Source: Prevotella sp.
GTDB lineage: Bacteria > Bacteroidota > Bacteroidia > Bacteroidales > Dysgonomonadaceae
Length of the DNA: 64,000 nucleotides
NCBI GenBank assembly: GCA_031285625.1
Contig: JAITVV010000073.1
Location: 1-64,000, forward strand
Reading direction: 5' to 3'
Shown here: piece after piece, positions 41,746 to 53,523 of the stretch
Layout of the letters: every line of letters begins with the position of its first letter
How positions within the stretch are numbered: the first letter of the stretch is position 1
The notes under the pieces: generated by a model
What the model was told of the DNA's origin: nothing
Seen by the model: only the letters and a program-made list of their open reading frames with translations
Databases searched by the model: none
Made by a program: the position numbers and the translations under genes

Positions 41746-44700
41746 CTAGAAAGTGCTTTGTTGTTTCCGGTATTGCGTAGGTGTACAATTATATTTCTTT
41801 GAGAATGCCCTGTAAAAACTGGAACGATTCGTAAAACCGGATTGAAAGACCACCTCATCAATCGTTAATTTTGTCTTCACCAATAAGTCCGCAGCTTTGA
41901 TCAACCGGGTATTATTTATTAATTCGGTTAGGGATATCCCCTCCACCTCTTCCAGTTTACGATAAAATGAACGGAGACCTATATTCATTTTCTGGGCAAT
42001 AAAATGTGCTGACAGATCTTTATTCTTTATATTTTTATTAATAATCCGGAGAATATCATTGGTGAACTTCTTATGCTCCTTATGCGAAAATTTACCTTTG
42101 TCCAATGTGTATGAACTCAGTGGAGATGAAAAATATTCCCTCAGGCTTTCTTTTCGTTCCAACAAGCGGCGTACAGAAGATTTCAGATAGTCGATATTAA
42201 ACGGTTTGGTAATATAAATATCAGCTCCGGCGTTCAAGCCTTCCGTTTGCCCTTCAATATCCTGCCTCGCGGATAATAAGATAAAAGGAATGTGAGATGT
42301 TGTTTCATCCGACTTTATTTTTCGCGAAAATAACAGGCCGTCCATTTCCTCCATAACTACATCACTAATAATAAGATCAGGATGGGATTCATTCAGTATA
42401 TCCATTGCTTCAATAGGATTAGCAGCTATAAGAACATTGTATTCCTCTTTAAATATATCGAAAATAAGCCACCTGATTTCGGCTTCATCATCTACAACAA
42501 GAAGGGTCGGTTTCAGTTCATCAAAATTATTTGCTGGAATATCCAGTGCAGTATTATATTCCTGGTTATAATTCTGTAATGAGATACTTCCCCCTTCTTC
42601 GGCCAATACTGGAATAGAAGATTGTAAATAAGGCAGTTTAACTATGAAATGTGTCCATTCATCAGGAGTACTTTCTACCTTAATCGAACCTTCCAGCAAA
42701 CGAATCATATTATATGAAATAGCAAGTCCTAAGCCATTTCTTGCCCACAAGGACGAAGAGTCGTTCTGTTCAAAATCAGACAGTATCCGGTACCTGTCAA
42801 AAAGGAAAGGTATATCTTGTTTCGCAATTCCTTTTCCTGTATTGGAAACGATAATGCATAAATTATCCTGATCTGCTCCTATCCTCACCTTTATTTTCAT
42901 TTCATTCCCCGTATATTTAACAGCATTGGATAAAAGGTTGATAAGTATAGCTTCGATAAAATCTTTATCCGAATTCCAGTGAATAAAAGGTACTATCTCT
43001 TTTTCCAAACCAATCTTCCGCGATTCAACTATATCAGAGAATGATTCTACTAATTTATTACCTAAAACTGAAATGTTTACAGGAATAATTCTTGGCTTCT
43101 TATATCCTGACTCTATCCGGTTAAACTCTATCAGATCCTGTATCAACGTATTTAACCGCTCAGCATTTTGCTTAATTATAGTTGTATATTTTATTGCTGA
43201 AGAAGTAAGATTCTTCTGTTCCAACAGACGATTGCATGGACCATATATCAGGGTAAGCGGTGTACAAAACTCATGCGCTATATTTGTAAAGAACTGCAAT
43301 TTAGATTCAGATATCTCTTCTTTGTGTTTTTGCTCCAGTCTATGAAGTTGATCTGCTTTTTTTCTTCTGTTTCGCCGGATTATCATTATAGCCACTATGC
43401 TTATTCCCGTTATGAATAGTATAGCATATATACAATAAGCCAATATGGTTCTATACCATGGAGGCAATATCTTTATATTCATTTTGTATATATAGCTCTC
43501 TTTTGCCAGTGCCTTGTTGTAGTATTTTACATATAAACTGTAATTACCAGGTTGAAGATTGGTAAAAGATACAAAATCTGAATTCCCATTATATATCCAA
43601 TCACCATTATCCAGTTTATAATAATATGAATAACTATTACCATTCAGATGGTCTATAGTCACAAAGGAAAGAGTAAAAGAATTCTGGTCATGGGGTAACT
43701 CCAAAAAAGCATTCCTTCCGTTTTGCGAAAAATAGTCCTCTATCGGATATTGCTTATTTTGTATGGTTATAGCTCTAAAATATACAGGAGGCATATAATG
43801 CTGTGCCTCATCAAAATAATTTCGTTGTATAGTTGTAAAGCCATTGATTCCCCCGAAAAATTTAATACCTTTTTTTCTATCTATAAAAGATGCACCTGTA
43901 CTAAAATCCAATACAGATAAGCCATCCAGATGGTCATATGTTCTGAATGAATCGGTATCTGCATTATATAAAATTAGTCCCTGATTGGTACTTAACCAAT
44001 AATAGGAATTAAAATCGGGTAAAATACTGTACACGCTATTAGTGGGGAAGCTGTTAACCTCATTCAATACGACATAATTATGCGAATTAAATTTTACAAA
44101 TCCCGAATTAGTTCCAATTAAATAATTTCCATAATAATCCTTTTGAATAGTATTGGTCTCATTTATTGTATTTCCTTCAAAACGGATATGTTCATGCTTC
44201 CATGTATTTATATTCAGTCTAAAAACGCCTTCTCCTTTATTCATACACCAGAGAATTGTATCATTTTCCATATAAATATCCTTGAAATTATTCGAGAACT
44301 CATCATTTTCTTTGACCACGAAACGCTTTACAGGTGTCAGTACAGGCTTATCATTCAACCATTCAATTTTTGATTTGATAACCCCCATACCTAATGTTGA
44401 AATCCACAACACAGAATCTTGTTCATATATATCAGATATATATTTTATCCTCTGTCCGTTATATGATAATTGTATCTGATTGAAGCGGTTTTCCTTAAGA
44501 TTGAAATAATTAATCCCTTGTTCGCTTCCAATCCATATATTCCCCTTCCGGCTTTCATCAAAAGAAAGTATTACATTATCCCACAGATTAGAGTTAGACG
44601 ATGATATATATTCCAAACGATGATCTTCTATATTTTTATTCGTTCTGAAATCAAAAATCCGCAGAATACCATTTCCTTTGCTCCCCACCCACAATGAATT

Positions 44701-45756
44701 TTCACTGTCAACAAAAAGAGCACTTACCGGTTTACGAATTTTCAATGTAAAGTCATTTAAACGAATAGATTTAATTGAATATTGATCTATCGAATAAGTA
44801 TATACCCCATATCCGGAAGTACCTATCCAGACTATATCCTGAAATTTATCTTTATACAAACAATTAATCCCTCCGGGAACGTCAATTTTCTTAAGATTAT
44901 AACCCTCATTGTCTTTACTCAATAGTGATAAACCATCGGTTTTAAAGCCGATAAAGTAATCCTCATTAAATTTTAAGAGTGCAGCTATATCACCTTTCCC
45001 CGAAAGCTGTTGTCTCAGGTTACAAATAAGCATTGCCTTCCGGGTAGATATATTGAACTCATATAATCCATAGTCATCATCTACAAAAAGGAACTTATCC
45101 CCACCATCATTTGAGCAGTATCGTATACCGGTAGAATGCGTATAATCATTAAGAGGCTGAAACTTGATACTACCTTGTTCGGTTATATGTATAGAATAAC
45201 AAAGATTATTACCACCCTTGCGGAATATCCACAATTTATCATTTTGGTCAATAAAAAAATCAACAATTTCATTTGCTCTCAGATGAGGAATAAAGATCTG
45301 CTCAAATTGCTTCTGACCTTTTAATAAATAATAAATAGAACTATTGCCTTGTACAAGGAAAACATTTCCTTTACTATCTTTATCAAAGAAGGCAATCCTG
45401 TTAAACATATCAAAAGATTCCAAAAGGGATGTACCAATATCTATTTTGTGTAAGCCATGATAGGTCTGAATCCAGAATAACTTATCGGTTTGATCAATCT
45501 TATCAATTCTACTTCCGGTAAAAAAGTTTTTATCACTTTCAGGGCCATATTTAGTAATATGTTTTCCATCATAAATATCAAGCCCGCGGCTAGTCCCTAT
45601 CCATATCATCCCTTTCTTATCCTGATAGAATGAGAAGACCTCACTTCCGGAAAGACCTTCTATATTGTTTATTTTCCTGAGGTTATAACCACTTACAGAT
45701 ATAGAGATATGTAAAAGAAAAAACAGACATAACCAACCAATAGTAACTTTTGTCAT
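41746..45756 (-). CDS. Hybrid two-component system (beta-propeller sensor, Y_Y_Y, HK, REC, AraC)
   Basis: IWIGT repeats, FTNLQPGNY, PPWY-TM, AHEFCTPL, NLLSNA, VVDD/ISD receiver, SGFTNRSSFYRAF. Confidence 0.95.
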   Translation of the reverse strand: MTKVTIGWLCLFFLLHISISVSGYNLRKINNIEGLSGSEVFSFYQDKKGMIWIGTSRGLDIYDGKHITKYGPESDKNFFTGSRIDKIDQTDKLFWIQTYHGLHKIDIGTSLLESFDMFNRIAFFDKDSKGNVFLVQGNSSIYYLLKGQKQFEQIFIPHLRANEIVDFFIDQNDKLWIFRKGGNNLCYSIHITEQGSIKFQPLNDYTHSTGIRYCSNDGGDKFLFVDDDYGLYEFNISTRKAMLICNLRQQLSGKGDIAALLKFNEDYFIGFKTDGLSLLSKDNEGYNLKKIDVPGGINCLYKDKFQDIVWIGTSGYGVYTYSIDQYSIKSIRLNDFTLKIRKPVSALFVDSENSLWVGSKGNGILRIFDFRTNKNIEDHRLEYISSSNSNLWDNVILSFDESRKGNIWIGSEQGINYFNLKENRFNQIQLSYNGQRIKYISDIYEQDSVLWISTLGMGVIKSKIEWLNDKPVLTPVKRFVVKENDEFSNNFKDIYMENDTILWCMNKGEGVFRLNINTWKHEHIRFEGNTINETNTIQKDYYGNYLIGTNSGFVKFNSHNYVVLNEVNSFPTNSVYSILPDFNSYYWLSTNQGLILYNADTDSFRTYDHLDGLSVLDFSTGASFIDRKKGIKFFGGINGFTTIQRNYFDEAQHYMPPVYFRAITIQNKQYPIEDYFSQNGRNAFLELPHDQNSFTLSFVTIDHLNGNSYSYYYKLDNGDWIYNGNSDFVSFTNLQPGNYSLYVKYYNKALAKESYIYKMNIKILPPWYRTILAYCIYAILFITGISIVAIMIIRRNRRKKADQLHRLEQKHKEEISESKLQFFTNIAHEFCTPLTLIYGPCNRLLEQKNLTSSAIKYTTIIKQNAERLNTLIQDLIEFNRIESGYKKPRIIPVNISVLGNKLVESFSDIVESRKIGLEKEIVPFIHWNSDKDFIEAILINLLSNAVKYTGNEMKIKVRIGADQDNLCIIVSNTGKGIAKQDIPFLFDRYRILSDFEQNDSSSLWARNGLGLAISYNMIRLLEGSIKVESTPDEWTHFIVKLPYLQSSIPVLAEEGGSISLQNYNQEYNTALDIPANNFDELKPTLLVVDDEAEIRWLIFDIFKEEYNVLIAANPIEAMDILNESHPDLIISDVVMEEMDGLLFSRKIKSDETTSHIPFILLSARQDIEGQTEGLNAGADIYITKPFNIDYLKSSVRRLLERKESLREYFSSPLSSYTLDKGKFSHKEHKKFTNDILRIINKNIKNKDLSAHFIAQKMNIGLRSFYRKLEEVEGISLTELINNTRLIKAADLLVKTKLTIDEVVFQSGFTNRSSFYRAFSKKYNCTPTQYRKQQSTF

Positions 45757-45936
45757 CTTTGATAATAGATAATAATGAAGCTATAAACAAATATAGCCTT
45801 ATTTCTTATTTAAACTGTATCTCATTGCGACAATTATATCTCTATTTATGACACACATAATATACAGATTCCAAGTCTCTTTTCTGGTAAAGGAAAGCTT
45901 ATTAGCTTTGTATTACACAAAACAAATTCTAAAGAA

Positions 45937-48351
45937 ATGAAAAATACTTTTATTCTTACTTTTTTAATCATAGGCTTCTGTTCATTTGTATCTGCTTCAC
46001 CACAGATCAGAGGTATAATTGTTGAAAAAGGAACAGGTAATCCAATAGAATCAGCAGATGTTATATTGTTGAAAAAGGGAGAAACAACAGCTACAGCCAG
46101 CACATTATCCGAATCAAATGGTTCTTTTCAACTATCAGGAGTCGTGAATGGAGAATATTCATTGATCGTTAGACTAATCGGATATGATGTATATACCCAA
46201 GGCTCGATCAATCTCCGTTCTACTGAAACGGTATTAGATCTGGGTATTATTGAATTGCAACCTTTAGAGATAGGACTATCTGAGGTTGTAATTGAAAGTG
46301 ATAAAAGGTAGATTATATATAAATTAGATAAAAGAATAATTGATGCATCAAATAATCTGATGGGAAGTGGTGGTACAGCCGTTGACATTCTGGAAAACAC
46401 CCCGTCCATAAGGGTCAGTGTAGATGGTGATGTTACCTTTAGAGGCAGTAGTGGTTTTAAAGTATATATTGACGGGAAACCCAGTTTTCATTCCGGAACA
46501 CAAGCGCTCCAACAAATCCCGGCCGGACAGATAGAAAATATAGAAATCATAACTACCCCTTCCGCCCGTTATGATACAGATGGCGAAGTAGGGATGATTA
46601 ACATTATCACAAAAAAAAATAGCAGAAGAGGTATTGAGGGCATCGTTAATATGTCAGGAAGTACAGCGCTATCCAATGGAGCTGATTTTTTCATTTCTCA
46701 GAAAAATAATAAATTACAGTGGTTCCTTACAGGACATTGGAATCAACCCATCCGAAAGAGTAGTTTCGAGCAGGAAAAGACAACGATAGTAAACGGAGAA
46801 ACAACAACATCTTCTTCCGATGGGCCCCGCAAAGGGAAGAATTACCATTATGGCCTGCGTGGAGGTATCGACTATGCTTTATCTCCTAAAACATCTATTA
46901 ATGCGGAATTACAAATTGTATATAATAAATTCACTCGTGATGGAGATCTGAACTATATCGAGACCAAAACAGATGCAAACGGAGAATCAGGACCAAACAA
47001 TTTCAATAGCCGCGACGACTTTAACCTGCATGCAACAGTTAATATAGGGAAAGCCGGATTTTTACATAAATTCGATGATAAAGGACACCAAATTAATGGT
47101 AGTTTTATGGTAGGATATGAAGGAGATGCTCTCGAATATTTCCAAAGTGACCTTTTTGATAAGAATAATCAACGTCAACAGGGACACCGTGCATGGGAAG
47201 ACGAGATACGCTGGACAGTAAGGGGAAATATGGATTACACCTACCCATATAGCCAGACAGGCCGTTTAGAAAGTGGATACCAATATCATTCCTACCTGGA
47301 AGATGGCGACTATAGTATGCAGTTCTGGGATCCTAACAAAAAAGAATTTTATTGGAGGGACGATATATATAATACTTTTTATTTTCAGCGGGGAATTCAT
47401 TCTGTTTATCTGGTTGGCTCGGACAGCTACAAAGCATTTGAAGCTCAGATAGGAATCAGAGGCGAGCATACTCATCAGGTATTACGAAGTTCTATTGAAG
47501 GGAAAAACCGTACTGTAAACCGCTTTGAGGTATTCCCATCCGTACATATCGGATATACACTTCCTCACGATCAAAAAATCACTTTTGCATACTCTTACCG
47601 AACCAATCGTCCCGAACTTTTTTACATGGAACCATATATCACATACCGTGATTATTATACGGCTGAAATCGGGAATCCTGATATACGCCCGGAATATATA
47701 CATTCATATGAATTGAATTACAAGAAAAATATAAAGGAGCATGTACTGCAATCCAGCTTGTTTTACAGATCGCGTAAAGATAAAATAGAACGATTGCGTG
47801 TACCATATCAGGCTGGGGTTACATTAGACTCTATGGCCAATGTAGGTAAGGACTACGCATTAGGTATAGAACTAAACGGGCAAATAAAGGTAAATAAGTG
47901 GTGGGACCTCAGCGTGAATGGTAATGTCTACTACTACAAAGTAGAGAATAATATAAACTCGGGAGGGAAAAAAGAAACCAGTACAAACTATGATTTTACC
48001 CTGAATAACCTTTTCCGCATTCATAAAAACACACGCCTTCAATTAGATGGTAACTTTGTAGGGCCATCTGTAACAACACAGGGTAAGTCAAATTCCTTCT
48101 GGTTTGTCAACCTGGCCATACGCCAGCAATTATTTAGTCCGAACTTACAGTCTACGCTCTCGTTCAGGGATGTGCTTAAATCAGCCCGTTACAAAAGTAA
48201 TATTACAACCGCTGATTTAGAATCTGTTACACATATCCGGCCCAAATATCCGGTTATCACACTTTCTATCAGTTATACATTCAATAATTATAAACGAGGC
48301 TCACAAGGTTCACGCGACAACAGGGACTTGTTTGAAGGTACAAACTATTAA
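45937..48351 (+). pseudogene. TonB-dependent receptor-like outer membrane beta-barrel interrupted by an in-frame TAG
   Basis: ORFs 45937-46311 and 46360-48351 share a frame: ESDKR*IIYKLDKRIIDA; plug motif IEIITTPSARYD, GNPDIRPE, ISYTF near the C-terminus. Confidence 0.85.
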
Positions 48352-48426
48352 AACTAAAAAACAGCTGATATATTAACTTTCTATGTCTGAAATTATACCT
48401 ATTTTTATTGGTAATTTTTAGACCGA

Positions 48427-48921
48427 ATGTTAAGGGATTTTGCAGCCATAGATTTTGAAACAGCTAATCAGGAACTGTCGAGTGTTTGCAGTGTTGGCAT
48501 TGTAGTTGTGAGAAACGGGATAATAACCGAGCGGTTTTACAGCCTGATACAACCTGAGCCGGATTATTACTGTTACTCGAATAGTCAGGTTCACGGATTG
48601 ACTCATAAAGACACTGCTAACTCAGATGTATTTCCTAAAGTATGGCAAAAAATCAGCTCCCAGCTAGAAGGACTGCCTTTAGTTGCCCATAATAAAGGTT
48701 TTGATGAAGCTTGCCTCCAAGCCGTATTCAAAACCTATATGATGGATTACCCCGATTATATATTCTATTGCACACTGGCAGAATCCCGCAGGCAGTTGAA
48801 ACATCTACCCAACCACCAACTTCATACTGTGGCTGAGGATTGCGGTCATATTCTGACTAACCATCACCATGCACTCGCAGACGCCGAAGCCTGTGCAGAA
48901 ATAGCGTTACAATTATTGTAA
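48427..48921 (+). CDS. DEDDh 3'-5' exonuclease (DNA Pol III epsilon-like)
   Basis: AIDFETAN, VAHNKGFD, HHALADAEAC. Confidence 0.9.
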   Translation: MLRDFAAIDFETANQELSSVCSVGIVVVRNGIITERFYSLIQPEPDYYCYSNSQVHGLTHKDTANSDVFPKVWQKISSQLEGLPLVAHNKGFDEACLQAVFKTYMMDYPDYIFYCTLAESRRQLKHLPNHQLHTVAEDCGHILTNHHHALADAEACAEIALQLL

Positions 48922-49202
48922 TTAGCATTAACAGAAGTCTTCCTGTAGAATATATTCTTAAGGAAGAAAGAGCATTTTATAATATTTTTTTAACTTTAAA
49001 AATAATTTATTGAGAATTTAAGTAACACATCCGATATTTTCAAATGTCAAGAAAACCAAATTTAATTATCTGTATATAAATAGCTTGAGGTGATATTTGG
49101 ATGATAAAAAGTTACTATAAAAAAAATGCATAAAAGCTGTTACTTTTGTCACCTTTCAGCCATATCGAACTGATAACAAACAGATTATAAAACAACAGAA
49201 GA

Positions 49203-51032
49203 ATGAAGAGTATACTCCCGGTATTAATTCTAATTATTATATTTCAGGTATCGTGTGCAAAGTACGAGAAAATGCCGGACGAAGAAATAATGCATAAACT
49301 ACTTACAGAAAATCCTGATAGCCTGGCTTATTTACTTGAGGAAAAAACAAACCCAAGTCTACTCTCCGAAGAAGACAGAATCAATTATATATGGTGGTTG
49401 GCTAGTGCTCATAGTAAACAATATAGAAGCCTTATCAATGATTCGCTGATCCATAAAGTATTGCAATATCATAAACAAACAGGTTCTCCGCTTTTATTAT
49501 CTACTTATCAGCTTGCAGCGGAACAGGCAAAATCCTCAGGAGAAGTAACAAAAGAGGAAACGCTACTAAATGAGGCTTTGGTTATAGCAGAAGAAAGAAA
49601 AGATTCTATAATAGTTCTTAACCTTGCATCCAAGCTGGGCTATATATACAATGGAGTCAGGGATTCAGAAAAAATAGATAAACTTATAAAAACCACAAAA
49701 AAATACGCATCGTGGGATGTAGATACTTATTTAACCTTAACAAAACTCTACAATAGGTCCGGTAAGGTAGATTCCATAGGGAAATATGCTTCATTAGGGA
49801 TTAAGGCAGCAATAGCCCGGAAAAGGCCGATGGAAGAATACCAATTGACCAGAAGTTATATTGAATATTTAAATCTATCCGCACAATCCCCAGAAGCACT
49901 TAGTGTTTTGCGCGACCTGGAACATAAAATGCCTATGGATGGGGGGATAGTAGGCAACGAGATAAAGTTTAATTATATAACTACATGGATAGCTCTGGGC
50001 AGGTATGATTCTGCTCAGGTGTATATAGATTATTTTGATCCGATATTAAAGTATTTCAAAACTAAAAATCCAACAGAAACGTATGTTATTGAAACTGTAT
50101 TGGATTTATTTAAAACTGTCATCCATACAAAACAAGGAAAAATTTTCACCACCCATGACCTGGGTACAATTAATCAACTGGTAGATGGGAGCAGGGAAAG
50201 TATCAAAGCCGAAAAAGAAAAAATGCTGGCTCAGAATAAACTCCAAAGAGATAAATTAAATCTCCAAATAGAAAAGGGAAATCTCCAACGACGTTTATTA
50301 TGGGGTGCTATCGGAATCATGCTTATAACTGTAATTCTAGTATTCGTCTATCAGCGAAAGCTATTGAGGAAAGAGCATAATATTCAAAAGATTAGAGAAC
50401 AGTTACGGATAAAATCTATGCAAATAGCCGAGAATGAATCAATTATTAATCAAAACGAGCAACTTATCCGTTCTTTGAATTCTCAGGTTGGCGAAAATGA
50501 AGACATCAGACAGGAGTTAGATACCCTATTAGCTGAGAACGAGAAAATAAAAGAAAAAAACGGGTTGTTGCAATCAGATATTCAGTCATTTACTAATTCC
50601 ATTACAGAAAAGGACAAAGAGCTAAATTTCTTTGAAGAATTGTCTTTACAAAATGCCAGATTGATGGAACGTGATCAATTTCTGACAATACAACTTATTA
50701 AAAGAACTCCAATACTGAATGGTCTGGATAAAAATCCGAAGTATATAGAAGAGATACAATGGCACGAAATAATTCATACTGTAGATCAGTTGTTTGATGG
50801 CTTTTCTGTCCGTCTTCATATTGATTACCCAACACTTACAGAGGAGGATATACGCTATTGCTGTTTATTCAAACTGCGATTATCCAACTCAGTTATCTCG
50901 TCTCTGATGGGAATTTCTCCTTCCTCGGTGACAAAGCGTAAACAACGTATAAAAGAAAAGATAAATCAACATTTACCGGATGACTTAACTATGGAAAAAC
51001 CATTAGAAGTTTATCTCTGGAATTACAATTGA
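49203..51032 (+). CDS. Membrane-spanning regulator: TPR-like exported domain, TM helix, coiled coil, LuxR-like HTH
   Basis: Lipobox-like QVSC, ENPDSLA, TM near residue 370, C-terminal YPTLTEEDIRYCCL...ISPSSVTKRKQRIKEK. Confidence 0.8.
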   Translation: MKSILPVLILIIIFQVSCAKYEKMPDEEIMHKLLTENPDSLAYLLEEKTNPSLLSEEDRINYIWWLASAHSKQYRSLINDSLIHKVLQYHKQTGSPLLLSTYQLAAEQAKSSGEVTKEETLLNEALVIAEERKDSIIVLNLASKLGYIYNGVRDSEKIDKLIKTTKKYASWDVDTYLTLTKLYNRSGKVDSIGKYASLGIKAAIARKRPMEEYQLTRSYIEYLNLSAQSPEALSVLRDLEHKMPMDGGIVGNEIKFNYITTWIALGRYDSAQVYIDYFDPILKYFKTKNPTETYVIETVLDLFKTVIHTKQGKIFTTHDLGTINQLVDGSRESIKAEKEKMLAQNKLQRDKLNLQIEKGNLQRRLLWGAIGIMLITVILVFVYQRKLLRKEHNIQKIREQLRIKSMQIAENESIINQNEQLIRSLNSQVGENEDIRQELDTLLAENEKIKEKNGLLQSDIQSFTNSITEKDKELNFFEELSLQNARLMERDQFLTIQLIKRTPILNGLDKNPKYIEEIQWHEIIHTVDQLFDGFSVRLHIDYPTLTEEDIRYCCLFKLRLSNSVISSLMGISPSSVTKRKQRIKEKINQHLPDDLTMEKPLEVYLWNYN

Positions 51033-51203
51033 AATTAAATGTCCACATAAGAAGAAGATAATAAATATAAACAATTAATAAACAAATATTTACAAAACAA
51101 TATTGTCCACCTTTATCCATGTAAAAGAAACGCTTTGAGTGCTTGTATAGACTAATTTTGCTAATACAGATAAGCAAATATTATTCAATAAAACTATATA
51201 AGC

Positions 51204-53516
51204 ATGAAACAGTTTGAAACTATTTTATTTTTCTTTCTTATTATCTCTATTTATATAAATGGACAGAATGATATCTCAGGAAGAATTACAGAACAAAAGG
51301 GAAATCAACCTTTAGAATTTGCTACTATTGTACTGAATACACAAGATTCAACATTCGTTACAGGAACTACCTGCGACCAGAATGGTAAGTTTAAATTAAA
51401 AAACATTCCTTCAGGAAATTATAGCATTGTAGCTACTTTCTTAGGGTACATACCCAAAAAGGTTATGATAAACAGTCTATCGGGCTCTATCGATTTAGGG
51501 GATATCTCCCTAAATGAAGCAACAAACCTGCTGAATGAAGTTGCCGTTACGGCTTCTGCTACGACAAATAAGGTAGACAGGCTGGTGGTATTTGTCACAG
51601 ACCAACAAAAAGCTCATTCCAGCGATGGCATAAATCTTCTGGCAACGATGCAACTTCCCCGTCTGTCGGTCAATTCACTGATGGGTAGCCTCTCTTTACC
51701 CGGCGAAGGAAAACTTCAACTTTGTATTAATGGAATAAAAGTAGATGAGAATGATATTAAAGCTTTGAAACCGGACGAAGTTATCCGTATCGAATATATT
51801 GATAATCCCGGCGTTCGGTATGGAGATTCAGATGTGGTAATTAATTATATTCTGAAACGTGCTGTTACGGGCGGGATGGTTGGAATTAACCTGATGAATG
51901 CCGTAACCTCCCTATTCGGTAATGAGCAGGTAACCTTCAAGATGAACCATAAGAAATCTGAATTTGGTTTTATCTATACTGGCAGATTCAGAGAGATGGA
52001 TAAGGTCTGGAATGACAAAATAAGCCACTTTAAATTTCAGGATAAAGGAGAATTAATACGCTTTGATGATGGAGTCCCTGGAAAGTGGAAAGAGAATGCA
52101 CATCATTTTACTTTAAACTATAATTTTCTGGATGAAAAGAATTACTTCAATGCTACATTCAGACATGGTATAACAGATATGGACAAAATGACTTATACTA
52201 ATCAGCATACATCACTAGATCCTTCGAGGATCACATCAGTACATCAGGGTGCCAATACCTTACAGCATCTTCCTTCAATAGATTTATATTATTCGCATTC
52301 GTTTGGCAATAAACAAACCTTAATTCTGAATGGAGTAGGTACCTATATTAATTCCGATATCAATCAGATATATGAAGAAACAAAAGATGGAAATTTAATT
52401 ACAGATATCATATCTGATGTAGAAGGAAAGAAATATTCGATAATAGGTGAAGGTATTTATGAAAAAACATTCGAAAATAATAATCGCTTTACGGCAGGGA
52501 TAAAACATACACAAGCATTTGCTAACAACAGATATGAAGGTACTGTAAACAGCTTATCCAAGATGGATCAGAGTGAGAGCTATGCATATATTGAATATAC
52601 AGGAAGAAAGAATAAACTTAGCTATATGGGAGGTGTCGGTGTATCACGTTCATGGACAAAACAGCAAGGAGAGAAATCCCACACAGATTATATATTCAGG
52701 CCCAAGATAACTCTTCAATATAACTTTAAACCTGAACTGTTCTTAAGATTAAAGGGTGAAATATACAATACCACCCCTTCATTAGCTAACCTCAGTGCAG
52801 TTGATCAGTATATCGATACCTTACGTGTTACAAGAGGAAATCCAAATCTCAAAACAACGATGAATTATCGTGCAGGACTAACATTCAGCTGGGAGAAAAG
52901 CTTGTTTGGAATATACTATGATGCCTCATACCTATACACTCCGGACGCTATTATAGAAGAAATATTCAGGGAGGGAGATTTTTTCATTAATACCTATGAT
53001 AATCAGGAAAGCTGGCAAAAACTGAATAATGAATTAACTCTAAAACTAAAACCGGTAAAAAACATGCTTATGTTGTCTCTAACAGGTGGTGTAAATCGCT
53101 ATTGGAGCCGGGGGAACAACTACAATCATAATCATACCAATTATTATTACCGTGCATCAATAACATTTATGTATAAAAAATTTATGGCATACTTCTCTGC
53201 AAACAATGCTTACAATAACCTGTGGGGAGAGACCCTTTCAGGCGGAGAAACCGTCCAACAATCAGGTATAATGTATAATCATGGAAAATTCGCAATAGGA
53301 GCCGGAATAATGTCTCCTTTTTCCGGAAAATACAAGCGTGAAACCGAAAACTTTAATATTTATTCACCATATAAGTCCAATGCTTATATAAATAATCTTT
53401 CCCGTATGATAATGATAACATTCTCATGGAATTTCGATTTCGGACGTAAGGCTAAAAGTGGAAACAAACGAATTAATAATTCGGATAGTGATACGGGTAT
53501 TATGCATATGAATTAG
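51204..53516 (+). CDS. Outer membrane beta-barrel protein with N-terminal carboxypeptidase-regulatory-like domain
   Basis: ISGRITE...FATIVL...G.F.L, RIEYIDNPGVRY plug-like motif, GNPNLK, FSWNF. Confidence 0.85.
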   Translation: MKQFETILFFFLIISIYINGQNDISGRITEQKGNQPLEFATIVLNTQDSTFVTGTTCDQNGKFKLKNIPSGNYSIVATFLGYIPKKVMINSLSGSIDLGDISLNEATNLLNEVAVTASATTNKVDRLVVFVTDQQKAHSSDGINLLATMQLPRLSVNSLMGSLSLPGEGKLQLCINGIKVDENDIKALKPDEVIRIEYIDNPGVRYGDSDVVINYILKRAVTGGMVGINLMNAVTSLFGNEQVTFKMNHKKSEFGFIYTGRFREMDKVWNDKISHFKFQDKGELIRFDDGVPGKWKENAHHFTLNYNFLDEKNYFNATFRHGITDMDKMTYTNQHTSLDPSRITSVHQGANTLQHLPSIDLYYSHSFGNKQTLILNGVGTYINSDINQIYEETKDGNLITDIISDVEGKKYSIIGEGIYEKTFENNNRFTAGIKHTQAFANNRYEGTVNSLSKMDQSESYAYIEYTGRKNKLSYMGGVGVSRSWTKQQGEKSHTDYIFRPKITLQYNFKPELFLRLKGEIYNTTPSLANLSAVDQYIDTLRVTRGNPNLKTTMNYRAGLTFSWEKSLFGIYYDASYLYTPDAIIEEIFREGDFFINTYDNQESWQKLNNELTLKLKPVKNMLMLSLTGGVNRYWSRGNNYNHNHTNYYYRASITFMYKKFMAYFSANNAYNNLWGETLSGGETVQQSGIMYNHGKFAIGAGIMSPFSGKYKRETENFNIYSPYKSNAYINNLSRMIMITFSWNFDFGRKAKSGNKRINNSDSDTGIMHMN

Positions 53517-53523
53517 AATATCG

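Noticed and set aside
46309-46311. Amber recoding (pyrrolysine or alternative genetic code)
   Set aside because: Other genes in the window (pheS, HTCS, MATE) end normally at TAG and no pyl genes or suppressor tRNA are seen; a point mutation is simpler.
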